From Phoronis australis (Eukaryota; Animalia; Phoronida), in NCBI GenBank assembly GCA_002633005.1, contig NMRA01000232.1, positions 298,866-362,865 of the forward strand: a stretch of 64,000 bases of DNA, read 5' to 3'. The notes beneath the pieces were generated by a model. That model did not search any database. It saw nothing but the letters and a program-made list of their open reading frames with translations, and had not been told where the DNA came from. The translations under genes and the position numbers were made by a program. Shown here piece after piece: positions 1 through 13,800 of the stretch (position 1 is its first letter; each line of letters begins with the position of its first letter).

Positions 1-1303
1 TAACCAGGAATGATTAGTTCATTATCAAGGTCGTCTTTGGTAACATTACAAGTTTCACAAAGAGCGACAATCATATAATCGTAAGACAGAACAAAGTTTT
101 TTAGAAGTTGGAATCTGGAGAAATTGTTGGATTTAATACTGTTAATATTTGAAAATAAGATTTTAAAGGTAGTATTGTCTTCAGGCCCAGGATTTTCTTC
201 AACATCGCCAGCTAAAAGGAGGCACATGCCAATGACGATTCCGTAATCCATACAGGTGTTACATAAACAATAGTAAGACACATCAGTAAGCTGAACCCGC
301 ATAGCGTGATATCTCATTCGATGCCGGTGAGAGGAATTGAACTGTGACCATGAGGGGGAAAACAATGTAAGACCAGAGAAACTCACACTACTCGAGGCAC
401 TCAAAGGATAGCCGTATTTAACAATTAATACACCAATGCTTGTTGAAAATTCAAGGGTTGTTAAATGAATAAGGTAGTCTGGACAACTAGGGTAGTCATT
501 TTTAAAAAACAAAATTATATCATAGGCTCGCTTACAGGTACATAAATAGCAACTTAGTTGAAAAGCACAACATATAAATTCAATCTTGGGAAACCAGTTA
601 GTTCTGTTGCAAGTGAATACAAAACACATAGATAATGATTGACCTAAAGATATGTACAGAGGGAATATGACCAAATAGTAACGGACAAAAGAAGGTTAAA
701 AATAAGAGTTTGAAAACTCAAATTCGCTGAAGAAAACACAAAAAGATGTATTGAAGATTTCTCACTTTGGATAAATTAGCTGTAACACGTTTTAGACTTG
801 ATAAAAGGCTATGAGTTCTTACCACTATAGGCCACCCAGTAATGACCGAACAGCTCATGTGTTCGGTGGTGTCTTCTGAATTGAAGTAAACTTTCTCACA
901 GATACTCATTATAAACTAAATTATGGTGAAAGACAGTGCTCAACGTGATTTTTTCACGGGCAAGTTAAAACAGTAATAACTAATTAATGATATGGGAAAT
1001 CATTCTGAAACCCACAACAAAAATCACATGTAGTTGTAGATTCTGCACCTGACTAACTCAATTGCACCTTTGAATAAATAAACAAACGAAAATAAATAAT
1101 AAAAAAACAGTTGTTCCTTTACCCATTTCAGCTCTATTTCGTGGAAACCCCGAGTTCCCAGCATCACTGACTTGCCAGTTGCTGTAACATATGCGCCATG
1201 CCGCCAGTAGGAACTGATGTTGACGCTATTACCAATTATACCGCGCTCTGTTGTGGAATTTTGGTTAGAAGGCATATGACGCCTAGCCAGAAAGTATACC
1301 AGT

Positions 1304-1737
1304 GGCCGGTTGCATGAAACAGTCCCAAATACGGACTCAACTCAGGACCCTAAATCTTCTTGCGTATTTGTGTCTTTATGGAATCACAGGTGCAATATTT
1401 TTCTATCATTTCATCTTTATTGTGAGCTCCTCTAAGTGATTAATCACATTTTCTAAGAATATAACTAAAAACTGAGCCCAGAGTTCATTGAAAATAAATA
1501 GGGACTCAGTCCTTAAATTAGGGGTGTTGCATGAAAAGATCCCTAATTATTTTCGATAATATTGACAATTCAATGTAGAGTTCACTCTCGATTTGTATCA
1601 AAGTCAAAAGTTGACTTAGTAATGAAACTAAAACAATACAAGAAAGGTCAATCGATGTTTTCATAAGTTCAAAAATACGCAGTAGATTTAGGGAACTTAG
1701 TTGAATCCCTATTTGGGACTGTTTCATGCAACCGGAC
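1304..1737. mobile_element. MITE (PIF/Harbinger-like termini)
   Basis: ~65 bp imperfect TIRs CCGGTTGCATGAAACAGTCCCAAATA...TATTTGGGACTGTTTCATGCAACCGG; non-coding. Confidence 0.85.
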
Positions 1738-4700
1738 ACAGGAGCCTAAAACTAGCTGTTCACAAAGGTGTTGTAATTGCCGTTTTACGGTTTGTAAGTA
1801 TGATGCTAATACTCACGTCAAAACACGTGCTAGGCACAGTGTGCGAACGAAGCCTAACCACTGACAAATCACGTCCGATTAGAATGTAGACTTATCAAGG
1901 AAAAAAGACAGAACAGACGTATTTTTTCTGAGGGTGGTCATATGCCTTCTGATCGGACGTCATGTGAAGCTGCTACTCTCCGACAATTCTAGGTCGGGAC
2001 AACGATCTTTCAAGTGTCCTAAAACGTTTCGAAATTTGTATTGTTTTCATGTGCGAATCCACTGGCCAAAAGCATAGGTAGGGTGCTCGAATTTTTCGGT
2101 GCGCGGACCTTTTAGTGAAAGAAATCAACGAGGATTAAAAAAAAAACAGGGCCACGAATTGTGCATCCGCGCCGACTTCCCATGGAATTTTGTGGACTTT
2201 TGTCTCATTTATTCGGACTTTTTGTTTCACTGAGGCGGACCTTTTTGCCGAATTCGCCAAATTGGGGGCTCGTTCGATCCCCCCGAGCCCCTTTCAAAAG
2301 ACGAGAACGATACAAAAAATAAGCCAATTCTATTTCTTTGTGGGCAAATGAACAACAGCTGAAAGATCAAGGTGTTATACTGTTCACAAATGAAATGTAT
2401 CAATTTTAATCTCGTTTGCAAACGCTGTCGTAATCACTGTCGCCCCACCTAGTGTATCTGTATGTGTTATTCCTTTACATTAATGGGCAATCGTATCAAC
2501 ATCAATAACAACAACAACGATAACAACAGGAATAGTGACTGCAATAGTCACTTCGTCAATTTCAATTTTTAAAAGTTTGCTTAGTGTATGGTTTTAATAT
2601 CGATCACTCATTTGGTTGAACACTAAAGACATGTGGGGTCTTTGGGTTATTTGCTCCAAAACTCACCGAACAGCACTCAATGGGCTTCATATATCCTGCG
2701 GTGAAGTCGAATGCTTGTGTATTTTCTGTCTATCGGTCCGTGATTAAACCAATATTTTATTAAACTCTTGACAGATTGGAAATTGCCATCCCCCGCCGTT
2801 CAGAATTGTGGTGCGAATAGCAACGATTAATTTGGGCAATTTACGACATTAGACGGTCATGAAACTCGCACCGTGGGACCGTTTAATAGGTGTTTTGATT
2901 TTGCCGACGGTTGTGTGGTGTTTGTTCGGATAATTGCAACAAATTATTTGTCAATATAGTTAAGCAATCAAAATATTTTCTGTGTTTCATAATGACCCCT
3001 TGAGAAGGTTATAACTACGCAATGCCTTATCATAAGCCGCGTTTAATAACCAGTCGTCGACGATGGCGACTTTTCCACAGATCGCGGCTGGCACCGTTGA
3101 TGTCCATGACCATATGTCCCCAAACCAGACCGATTCAGACCCAAGACAAGTTCAGTTCGCGTCTCAGGACCCCCGTAACAGAACTACAGAACGGTGCGTC
3201 CAATATTGAAGTCATAGATCTCCTAAAATATTCACAAGAGAAAACGTTTCATCTTAAAACTCCTATTTACATAAATGCTTACTTCCGTAACTGTCTCGCG
3301 TATTCAGGGGTTGGAGGTGTGGGGGGGGGGGGGGTTGGAGTGGGCAGGATAGGATCAAAAGGAAATCGCCTGTAGCATGGCAGAAATGTGTGTGGAACAC
3401 TGGAGTGGCTGATGTAGGATGTCAACAATTTTCGAAGGAAACATGCCCGTGAGCTAAAAACTGATTGTCGACGATGTTTTATTTCGTGTCCGTATGAGTG
3501 TGAGGGAGGCAAGCCCCCTGCCCTCTCTAAATTCACCCATTGGGAACACTAACACTTCCTCGAAACTTGCAATAGGCCCTATCCTAGATACGCCACAAAC
3601 AAATTCCGACAATGCCCTCTCAAATATACCCAGTTACAATTATTGTTACTTTAGTCTTCGTCACCACTTATTCCCCTCCATTCCTGATATTTTCGACTAT
3701 CCCGATGTACAACCAACGAGTCAAATAATAAAATGTGCACGCTCACGCTTATCTCAGACAATTTGAAGCACCCAATTTGATAAAAAAATAAGCACCAGTG
3801 TCTTGCAAATTATTGGCTGTGTCGAATGCCTACGGCCTGCAACATTACCAGGGAACACTAAGTTAGTCAGTTCCGTTTCGTTCTGATTTGATTTGAATTA
3901 GTTGCTGTTTGCGTGGAATCATTCCAGGTTGAACTTATGAAATCAACACCATGTACGTGCATGCATAATGGCGTAATGTCTCTGGTGTGAAGACTTTATT
4001 TTTGGACCATTATTGGTATTGGGCCAGTTTTGAACCAATCGACGCACTGGGAATAAAATGGGTTTCATGAAGACTCGGAGACTGTCTATATTAAATTAGC
4101 ATTCCACACTTTAGGGCGACAGCCGTCGGTTTATCTACGATTACGTAACTTTACCCAAGATTGCATTTAATAAAGTTACCAAATTTCCAACACAATAACT
4201 GAGTATCATATTTGCACTTTGTAATTTTGAAGAAGCGATATGATAACTACTTCGTCAATAAAACCGCAACAGTGACCAAGACATTCAGTCACCGCCCTTG
4301 CCGGTTTCCAATTTAACCAAAATCGTAGAAAAGCAGCATTCGCAGGTTTAACAATCCTCAAGCGAACTCCTGCTCTGAGGTAAAAAGTGGGCACCACGCC
4401 CGCAAAAGGTCTTATTGCGACAAGAATTTTGCTATTAGTGAGACCATGAGAGAACTGTTCCCGCGTACTCTTATGGATATTATTGAAAGCCTTAGACTGT
4501 TATGGCGCACCACATTACCAAAAACGTAAAAAGGTGCGATTATGCGATATCTATGGAGACTTGTACCGCTCCCGAAATACAGCATAGCTCGTACAGAGCT
4601 CTCGATTTCTTTATTAAGTATTTACACTACTAAAAATTATTGACAGAAGTGATCTATAAAATACAGTTACTTTTTTCAGAAAAACTCTCTTTGTTATATA

Positions 4701-5835
4701 ACTTTTAAAGAGCAGAGAAGCAAGCCGTAAGACTAACCCGTTCCGTACGTTGTTAGACTTACGACCGACCCCGTATTGTAGCACAAGAGGTATGATCACT
4801 TTCGCTGGAACAGACGCCTCGAAAACACCCTCGACAAAGCGCCCAATCTTCGAGAAATCGGAATGCATGGTTTCAAAACCGACAATACCTGTCACGATTA
4901 AGTAACCGTACACAATATATAAATATTATTTACACAAATTGATTGTTGTCACGGCTTCTAATTAAAAACTTCTTTGCCACCTTTGAAACTTTCATCGCGA
5001 CACAGCGAAAATTGTGAAAAATTCCAAAGTTTTCGATGATATAAACCGAGGCGTTTCATCGCTGTCACGTTTACATGACGACCTTCACCGATCATTGTCG
5101 TTTCTTGCAATGACAAAAATGACAACTTTTACACAGCCTTTTTTAAACTTGTCAGTTTGATCGACATAAACTGAGCTCTTTGCAACCCACGTACAATTCC
5201 CTGATATTGACGAATTTTTTTATTCTAAAATTGCTTCGTAAAAGTGTAATTCACGGATCGACTACAAGGCTGCTACTTTCCGTTAATGCGAGTTCTTTAT
5301 TTGATAACATGAACCTGATTGATTGATAGTTAAGGCAGCAGATCGATGTCTTTGTGGTCTTAGTTTAAAAAATTCAATTGAAGTTTCTCTGCCATTCACA
5401 ATTGGAAAATTGACAAAACGGCTGGTCAAAATCCAATGGCGACAGTAACAAAGTACTACCGCTTAATTAACTGACAGGTTGTTAAATGCCGCCAGTCAAC
5501 GAGACTAATGATTTTGTTTGATTTTGGCAGCGACACAGTATGTCAACTAATTGGTGGTCGGTTTTATTGGTTACTCTATTTTGTTTGCTTATTAGACAGT
5601 CTGGACGAGGATACCCTTCGGAGACAGGTTCGCTGTTTGTGTATCTGTCACCACACAACTTAGCCCCTTTCAACCTCGCTCGACGGTGGGGACCGTTTCA
5701 CTTATTTTGTGGCGTCAGATTGATATTATTTGCAAATAAATTAACGGAATTTACGGAGCTGCCGAGTATTGGTGCTAATTTTCCTGAATCATTGACACTT
5801 GATTTATTATAGTTGGTTAAAATGTTGTATGTTGT

Positions 5836-5999
5836 TGAACAATTATAAAATAAGTCTAGTTGGCGAATAAATTGACAGTGCGTACTTATGAACAATTATA
5901 ATGTAAGTCTAGCTGGCGAATAAATTGATAGTGCGTACTTATGAACAATTATTATATGTCTAGTTGTCGAATAGATTGATAGTGCGTACTTATGAACAA
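5836..5999. repeat. Minisatellite, ~53 bp unit x3
   Basis: TGAACAA...GTCTAG...GTGCGTACTTA repeated at 5836, 5889, 5942, 5993. Confidence 0.9.
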
Positions 6000-6157
6000 A
6001 ATTTCGTGTGTTCAAATATAGTGCTCCTTCAAACAGTATTTAAATAGAAAGAGGGAGATTCATTTTGAAAGTATGAATTCTTCTTAACTCTTTGTGCTTC
6101 GACTGATATGGGAAAGTTCAACTCTATAAATGATAGGTTTTGCCGATTTAAACCGAG

Positions 6158-6571
6158 GGGCCGTTTCATGACAAAAGTAAGACTTTTAGACAAAAACGGT
6201 TGTCTGAATTAAGATCGAAACTCGGACTGAAGACACAAATTCATAAACACTAAGTCGGTTTTTGGTCTTCTGTCTTAACTTATGCATAAATCATTGAGTC
6301 GGTTTTTTGACAAATTTGAGCACAATGAGCAACTTAATTTATCTCATCAGGTGAGCATTACAAACTACATGTACTCTTTCACCGTTTGCTGCGAATTTAC
6401 AAAAACTACTCGAATTTACAAAAACTACTCGAGGCGGTGTATGAAATACGGTTTCAAGAACTCTAAATGGGGATTTGTTCAACACACTTTGGATACAACT
6501 GGCATCTCGTTTAATTGACCGAATTCGATTTCGGTCTTACTTTTGGTCTTAGAAATTTCATGAAACGGGGC
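6158..6571. mobile_element. MITE family A (Harbinger-like), internally deleted copy
   Basis: TIR CCGTTTCATGA...TCATGAAACGG; shares CACTAAGTCRGTTTTTGGTCTTC and TACGGTTTCAAGAA with 36761-37420. Confidence 0.75.
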
Positions 6572-9500
6572 TAAGACATTCCGATTTCGATGAAAGTTAA
6601 TGCAGAGCTAGTTTGATGGACGGTTAGCCAGCCTGAACGAAGTTCTTAAAACCAGACAGGCTTTTTACGCAAACATCGGCTAGTGCTTTAAGACCCTTAA
6701 TTATCGGATTAAAGTATGCTTTAATCCCTCAAGTCCCACTCGATATCACATCAACTACAGCAAGTTTTCGTAATGTTACAAACTAACGGCATTGGTTGTT
6801 AATGGAGCGCACGTACGTATGATGTGTGCTTAAGATCAGTTTTGTAGGAAAGGGGAAAGGAAATGGAAGGCATTACTTAGCGCAAGTAAGCATCGAGTGC
6901 TATTGTTGCATGTTCCTATTCACAGAATACTGCAAAGCGCGCCATTTTCAAACAATGGTAATCCTTCTTCTGCGAACAGGTGTCAGTGCAGTTGTGAAAG
7001 GTGTGCATCGTTTCTGTGAAAGCAAACAGTGCAGTATCGATTTGGCGTTTCGTGTTTACTTACGGCATTAATCAGAATAAGAAAACTGTTTTTCATTACT
7101 GCTCAGAAAACAAGACTCTTGTTGTTTCAAGTTAAGAAAACTTAGAAAACAGAATTGGGTCTTATCCATGAAGTCTAAGAGAAAAACTACACGACTCGTA
7201 ACCGCTCTGTAAAATATCAAACTTCATTACGAGCCCTCTATTGTACAGCCGCTAAATAGTTGCTGTTTTGCATGCAGCTTATGAATACAGTTAAGTGACG
7301 GATGCCAACAAAGCCGTTGACAGGTACTCGTGTAATCTGCGCCGCTACGAGTAATAATCGATTGGAATAACCGGAGTCTGACAATGGTCCATTGATGGTG
7401 AGCATTAGGGCGGGAGATTCAATTTTCTTCACGCGAGGTTTTCAGGCTTATCACCATCTGTCAATGAACCAATCTCCGAACAAAAGCTATGACCTAATTG
7501 GCTGATTTGCGCGGTGCGGGAAATATGATTTCTGAAAATCGACATCTGGCACGTGTCATTGTAATGCATGGCGTGGGCCGGAGTGTCAACAGGCTGAATC
7601 ATTTCGATGACGTAATTATGAGGTCACAAGAGTAAAGACAAATACCCAATTGTTTGAACTGGCGGCAAAATCGAATTCCTGTGTGCCAATTTGAATTGCA
7701 ACAAAGAAAATGTGGATGGGGAGAACTGTAATTCGCTGGTAATGAGAAATATGCTTAGTCTAGGACAGCTGTCGTCGAAAAAGTTGAAACACTGAACTGA
7801 AACGCACTTGCGATAATTGTTTCTACGTTGGTAGCGACAAGAGAATGATGGAACGGCTCAGTTTGTGTTTATAATTATCACTGGCATTAAGTATGCGTCC
7901 GGGTATTGCTAAATTTTGTAAAATTTCATTCAATTTTTGGAAAAGGCAGTACCTTATGTATTTCTGATTAATTTTCCGGATATTATATCCTCTTACTCAA
8001 TGTTTATTTTTTCGAAACATTGACTTCTAAGTCTACACAGAAAATACATAAATTGTTCTTATACTGTGGTGCATGTCATTTTATATATTTCTTATTTTTT
8101 ATTCAAAAAGAGAAAAATAACATTTAGAAAGTTGTAAGAACTATTGCCTTTCAACTTGCTGTGTCAACAGAGAAATTTTCAGACGAACATGCCTTCCTGA
8201 TAGCACATCATACATAACATGCCTTTTTCGGTCACATGATTCTCAGTTAAACTGTCTGTCAGTGACTAAAGTGACGATTTTGATCAGACCTTTGTTAAAA
8301 ATTTCAAACACATCTTACTCCCGTTCTACTTTTGTCTTCGGGTTTTTGAAGGTCTGACCAAAGTCGGAAGGCAGTCCACACAACGAAAATATTGACGACA
8401 AAAGTACTCGATTCCAATTGGCCATGGATTGCTGCCGATAGATGTCACTCACTGACGGTGGATATTGCATTTAGTTCGTAAGCCAACACCACCGTGTATT
8501 ATGATATTGGAATAAGAGTTATTTTCACACGTAAGGGAAGGATGAGGTCCTGCAATATCGGGCATTAAAAGCAATGTCAATTCACCATTATTTTTTGGTA
8601 AGTGGGATTCATTTCAGTTACTTCCCATACTGTCAATTTATGCGATGTCTAAGATTACTGAACTTAGAGTTCCTGAGCCGCGGGAATTTCCTAAGCAACT
8701 GTGTCAGTGATTTGTCACTCGCTGATGGCAACCTGGTTTTTAAGGAGAGGGAATGAACCAAAATTTAACATGTGGAAAGATACTGTACCCTTTAAACGTT
8801 AAGTTTTTGTAAGAATGTTAATTAATAATCATGATCTACACAATTGCACATTTTCTTTTATGTTGTTCGAATGTTTTTGGGTTGACAATTCATCACCAAA
8901 CCAAATTTTCATTTGAATTAACGTTGCTGGAAAAGGTAAATTATTTTAATGTTCTTCGCTTTATCTTCCTAGAGTGATATTTTCACACTTCCTGTCAATA
9001 GTGACTTTCGATCAAGTAACGTTCCAAAAGCTTTCGGTCTCGATTTAAATCGGTTCTTTGCCGAACTTTATGATTGAGCGAAGTCGATAATTTTCACGAC
9101 GTTTTGGTATGCGAGCCGACTCACGATCTCATTGCAAAAACCTCATATTTAGTCTCAACTCCACTAGACAGAACACGACAGCGTTTTCTAAATCGAAGTT
9201 AGTCCCTGTCAGATATCACCCTAGTCCACTGTTAAAGAGTTCCCCTGCTCTTTATGTCCATCGCATCTGGACTCGCAGCCATCTACCAAGGTTTAAAGAG
9301 TTATCAACAGGTACCAGAGAAGCGAAACCTAAAGCGCCTATTTTGGCCAATGTTTATCGCATTTCTTCGGGCAAAATTATCCTATCATAATTTTTTATGA
9401 CGAATTCAGTTTCAGAAGCCAACTTAAATTCGAAGAATCACCCATTTTACTCCACGATCGTCAATTTATTTTATCCCGTGTTTTATCGGCGTGAAGCCAT

Positions 9501-10840
9501 CAGTAATGCAGTTATCGCTGTACTTAACAAACTAGGACAATGCTACGAGAGAATGCAATGTGAAATGTGGCTTCTCATTAATTAACATAACGAAGTAACA
9601 TTCGTACTACATCCTTTCCCAGGGCAGTAGAGGTAGGTGGCGCTGTGACAAAGGGGAGCACTGGCCATTCCAATTGGTTGGATTCAAACATTGATGTTAA
9701 GGAATGTGAACTCATGAATCTGCACGGGATTTCCAATTTTAACGAAGCCTTGAAAATACTGGCATCAAATTTAGTGTCACAGGAACATCTATGGGAGTAA
9801 CTTTTTGCTCGTTGAAGGTTCCTTTTTACATGCCATAAATCCCGACTGGACACCCTGACCTCAAAAGTAATGGAATACTCATGGGTCGCCCTCACTCCTC
9901 AATAAAGTCGCCCACCACGCATATACAAATAGCGTAGAAAATTTGTATATCAACACCATGTGACTATAATAGAGTTGTTATCGAAATATCATTGTATTGT
10001 AGAATAATCTACTTACCCCCTACTTACCCCTGACAATGCCAACAGTTCTGGTGGGAACACTAACGCTGTACCGCGCGCCGGTGAAACATGTCGCGCAAAA
10101 GCTTTTCAAGCAGATCTCTGCTGGTACTAAGCGACAGCGAAAGCGACCAAGAACACATTTTTTCACGAACGGAAAGATCAAAGTGGGTTTTCTTTGCAAA
10201 GTGCTAACTCAGTCTTGTATGCGCATTCTCATCAGAATTTAACTTTGGACTACACCCAGCAACCAGGCATAATCATCGAATATGAGACTCGGACTGGTGG
10301 TACCAATGAAGGATTCAAAATTAGAATTACGAGCGAGAATGGGATGCCCAAACCTTCTGATAGGAAGAACAGACCCAAAAATACAAAGGGCGAACGTGAA
10401 ATGAGGGTCGTGATATTCAGGAAGAACGGACCATCTTTCAATCTCTGATCGCGTTACTGAATGTCATTGTTGTGTTGCGTGATAAACGCTAGTCATTTAG
10501 TCATTTGGCGGTCACCACAGTCTACCAACAAATTAAATTTAAGGAAAAATATAAATTCATCGGATACAGTTGCAGCGGTATTGCTAAAGAAGACCGCTTC
10601 AAAATTTGATATTCACCGCAAGTTTCAAAGGATGGTTACTACATCAAACTTTCACGATCTTCCCGTTCTGTCCTTCACACTTTTTGGATATGTGCTTCCC
10701 ATCGAAAGATCCGTCCATCCCAACAGCAGTCCGAGCTTTACATTGGCTGATAGAGTCTGGAAATTGTCTTTCAAGTTTTAGCAGTTTTATTTCAAGCGGT
10801 GACGTTGTATATACTTTCAGCCCTATGTATATACTTTCAG

Positions 10841-10889
10841 ATCCGATGCAAAGATACCCGCAACAGATAATGGTTCTTTTATGAAACTG
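10841..10889 (+). CDS. ABCB1: ABCB1-like exon ([16 protein letters not shown])
   Basis: ttcag acceptor, CTG|gtaagt donor; joins in frame to FRYA. Confidence 0.65.
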
Positions 10890-13800
10890 GTAAGTTTACC
10901 AATGAAGTCATGCTTAATTTGTGGTTTTAGTCTGGCGAAAGTGAACTTATAAATAGTATAGCACATTATCCACAAGTCTGTGGATTTGGTCAAATATCAA
11001 CAAAACTTTATATTTTAATTCAGTAAAAAGATGCATTTTCCGAAACCGGAAATCCTGTAGAATGTGATTTTTAACTTCACATCAATCTATGACTGGGTCA
11101 CGTGACCATGTCTTTTTTAATAGAATTTAGCCAAAGCGGATGACGCATTCATGGGAAAACAACGGTATCAAGAATATGGGTCTAAAGTTCGTTTGATATA
11201 ATTGTTCACGATGAAACCTCTCAGTTCATGAATCCAGCACACACGTTTCTACTCATATTTTCATATCCGTGACGGAAATACAAAAGATAACGTGTTTCCA
11301 CTGTCAATTTCCGAACCCAAGCTTTCCTTGATTTTTAACCCCGTTGAATAAAACTGCACAAATCGAGATCACAAAAAGCGTACACATAGTTGTATCTGAG
11401 GCAGTGTTGCAGTATTCTAATAGTTGATTATTGATAAAGAAATTCCACCTGTTGTCAACAAAAGTGGGTGCGTTCTTTCTCATCTGAAACGACGAGGGGG
11501 GGGGGACGACGATCGTGGAAATTTTGAAAGAAGTTCGCCACTTGGCGGAAACTGATGCTGGCAGGAGCAATTTTTCTTTAACTTAAGTGGTCAGGTGGCA
11601 TGTTTCGAAATGAGTCGAGCCGTTGACCAGAACCATCTATGTTATGTCACATGGAAATGATGTGGTAGATATTATGCTGTGTTAACACCATAACACGATC
11701 GTCATGCTTATTACTTATTTTCAATACATGATCAACAAAGTGCACCGAAACATAATTTCGGACGACAGTGTAGTTTCAATAGTATTCGTATCATCCGAGA
11801 ATTAACGGCGATGCACTGTTGAACTATATCTGGGAATTACCTTATCTTTTGGAAAACAATGTCGGTATGGCTATCCAGCTAATCGATAATCAACGGGTTA
11901 ACAGTACATTGTGCCAGATATCAAGATAAAGGCCAATTCCTGATTTGGGAGTTTCGTAACAACCAATTCTATACACTTCTGAAAACGGCACAGAGGGACT
12001 GTTTTCAACCTCTTTTAGTCGACAAACAGGGTTTTGACGGTCACTAGTGCTTAATTTGGTTTCAGTTACCAGTTAACAGCGTAAATTATATTTTTACGGC
12101 GTAAATTGATTATTTAATTACGCGAGTAATTTGTGCACGTTAACGATGAAATTGCACCATTAATAATTACTATACGCCGTTAAAAGTTAGTTTGTGCTGC
12201 AAATAATTGATTTACGCAATAAATAATTAATCAACGCAGTAAAGTCAGACACTTACGAGAGCCATGTGAATTGTCTTTAAAGCCATGCGTAATTTTAGGC
12301 TCTAGGTGAGTCAAACTAAGCTTGTTGAAAAGTAATCGAAAACTTTACAGCGTCTTTTTCTCTTTCAGCCACTATTTGCGCCATTCTCTTACTGATGGCT
12401 TTGAGTTCGAGGGGTTCTTCCATGTCCTTTTATTTTTCTGTAATGTTGAGCACGTGCGCCGATGGACTACAGCCAAATAAGTAACGTTCATGAAATAAAG
12501 CCTGGTCTGTTCTGGTTTCACATAACATGAATTACTACTTTTACACAAAAATTTGTGTAACATGAAGAACATCTGACCCGGCCGCGGCGAACGTTACTGA
12601 ATGAAACTTATTTACTTCCAGTTCCGCTACGCCACCTGGTGGGACAACTTATTGTACCTGATCGGTTCATTCTTCGCGTGCCTGCAAGGAGTCGGGTGGC
12701 CACTTATCAGCGTAATATTTGGAGACATGACAAACGCATTTATTAAACCAAGTAAGAGTGAAACACATGTAAGATAGGCCAGTAAAAAACTTCTCATCTT
12801 GTTGACGTTCACCGCCAGAAATTTCTATAGCCTACTGCATTCATTCGTTTTTTTACCCGTAAAGCTGACCATTACCAGTTATTTGTGAACAGTTCTGTAC
12901 ACACGTTGCGACTTTTTGCCTGATGAGTCACATTTGTCACATTTTTCCTCGAAACTTATCCATTTTTTCTTGGTTTCGAAAAATTTATTTCAACTCTAAA
13001 TTTGTGTTGGTTGCCACAAAAGTTTATTAGCATCAGCACATTCTAGCGAAATCCCCCTTGTGTAGTCATAATCATCCACCATTTTTTATTCTACGGAATA
13101 CCAGATTATATGTACATTCTAAGGTTATTTCAAAACCATCACCATTATTAATAATGATATGAATTAGGCCTACTTACGAAATACTTTCTTTGTAGCAAAT
13201 GGAACAAACGAGTTATCGTCTTCAAACGAGAAGTTCCAAGAAGACATCATTATAATCACGATTGACTATACTATTGTGTCTGTCGTGGTTTTCGCCGCTT
13301 GCTACTTTCAGGTACGAATAATCCAATCTACATCTCATCTTAAACAATAATGTTGTCTCGAAATGTCGTCCTCTTTGAATGGTCGTTAAAACTCTTCATA
13401 TTTGTACGAACGATATTCATTCATTAAATTTGAGCGATCCAGTTTGCTAACTCGTGTCATCCTGAGTGATCTCAACCAGGTCATTGAGTATTTGAGAACG
13501 GACTCGCTAATTAATCGTTAACGGTAAACGTACAATCACAGTAAACATACATAGACAGAGCATGGCCATCATTAGTGAATTACCCGCCATTTACCAGTGT
13601 CTCCTCTCAAGTGGCAGCCGCCAGGTGGTGTTTGACAACCGTCAAGAACCACCCACAAGTGGCTACGTGACACATAAGTCCCCGCCCGTACCCAGACGAA
13701 GAGCCCAGCACGGCCCCGAAACAGGCTAGGTTCTCAAATTTAACCAGGCCCCCGATAGGTAACAATTTTTATTTCTAGACTATGTAATGGCGCCATAAAT

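Noticed and set aside
3022-3766. Gly/Pro-rich ORFs
   Set aside because: Caused by G-runs in repeat-like sequence; no family motifs or splice chain.
10194-10448. First coding exon of ABCB1
   Set aside because: Hydrophilic and plausible, but no convincing donor in a compatible phase; left unannotated.
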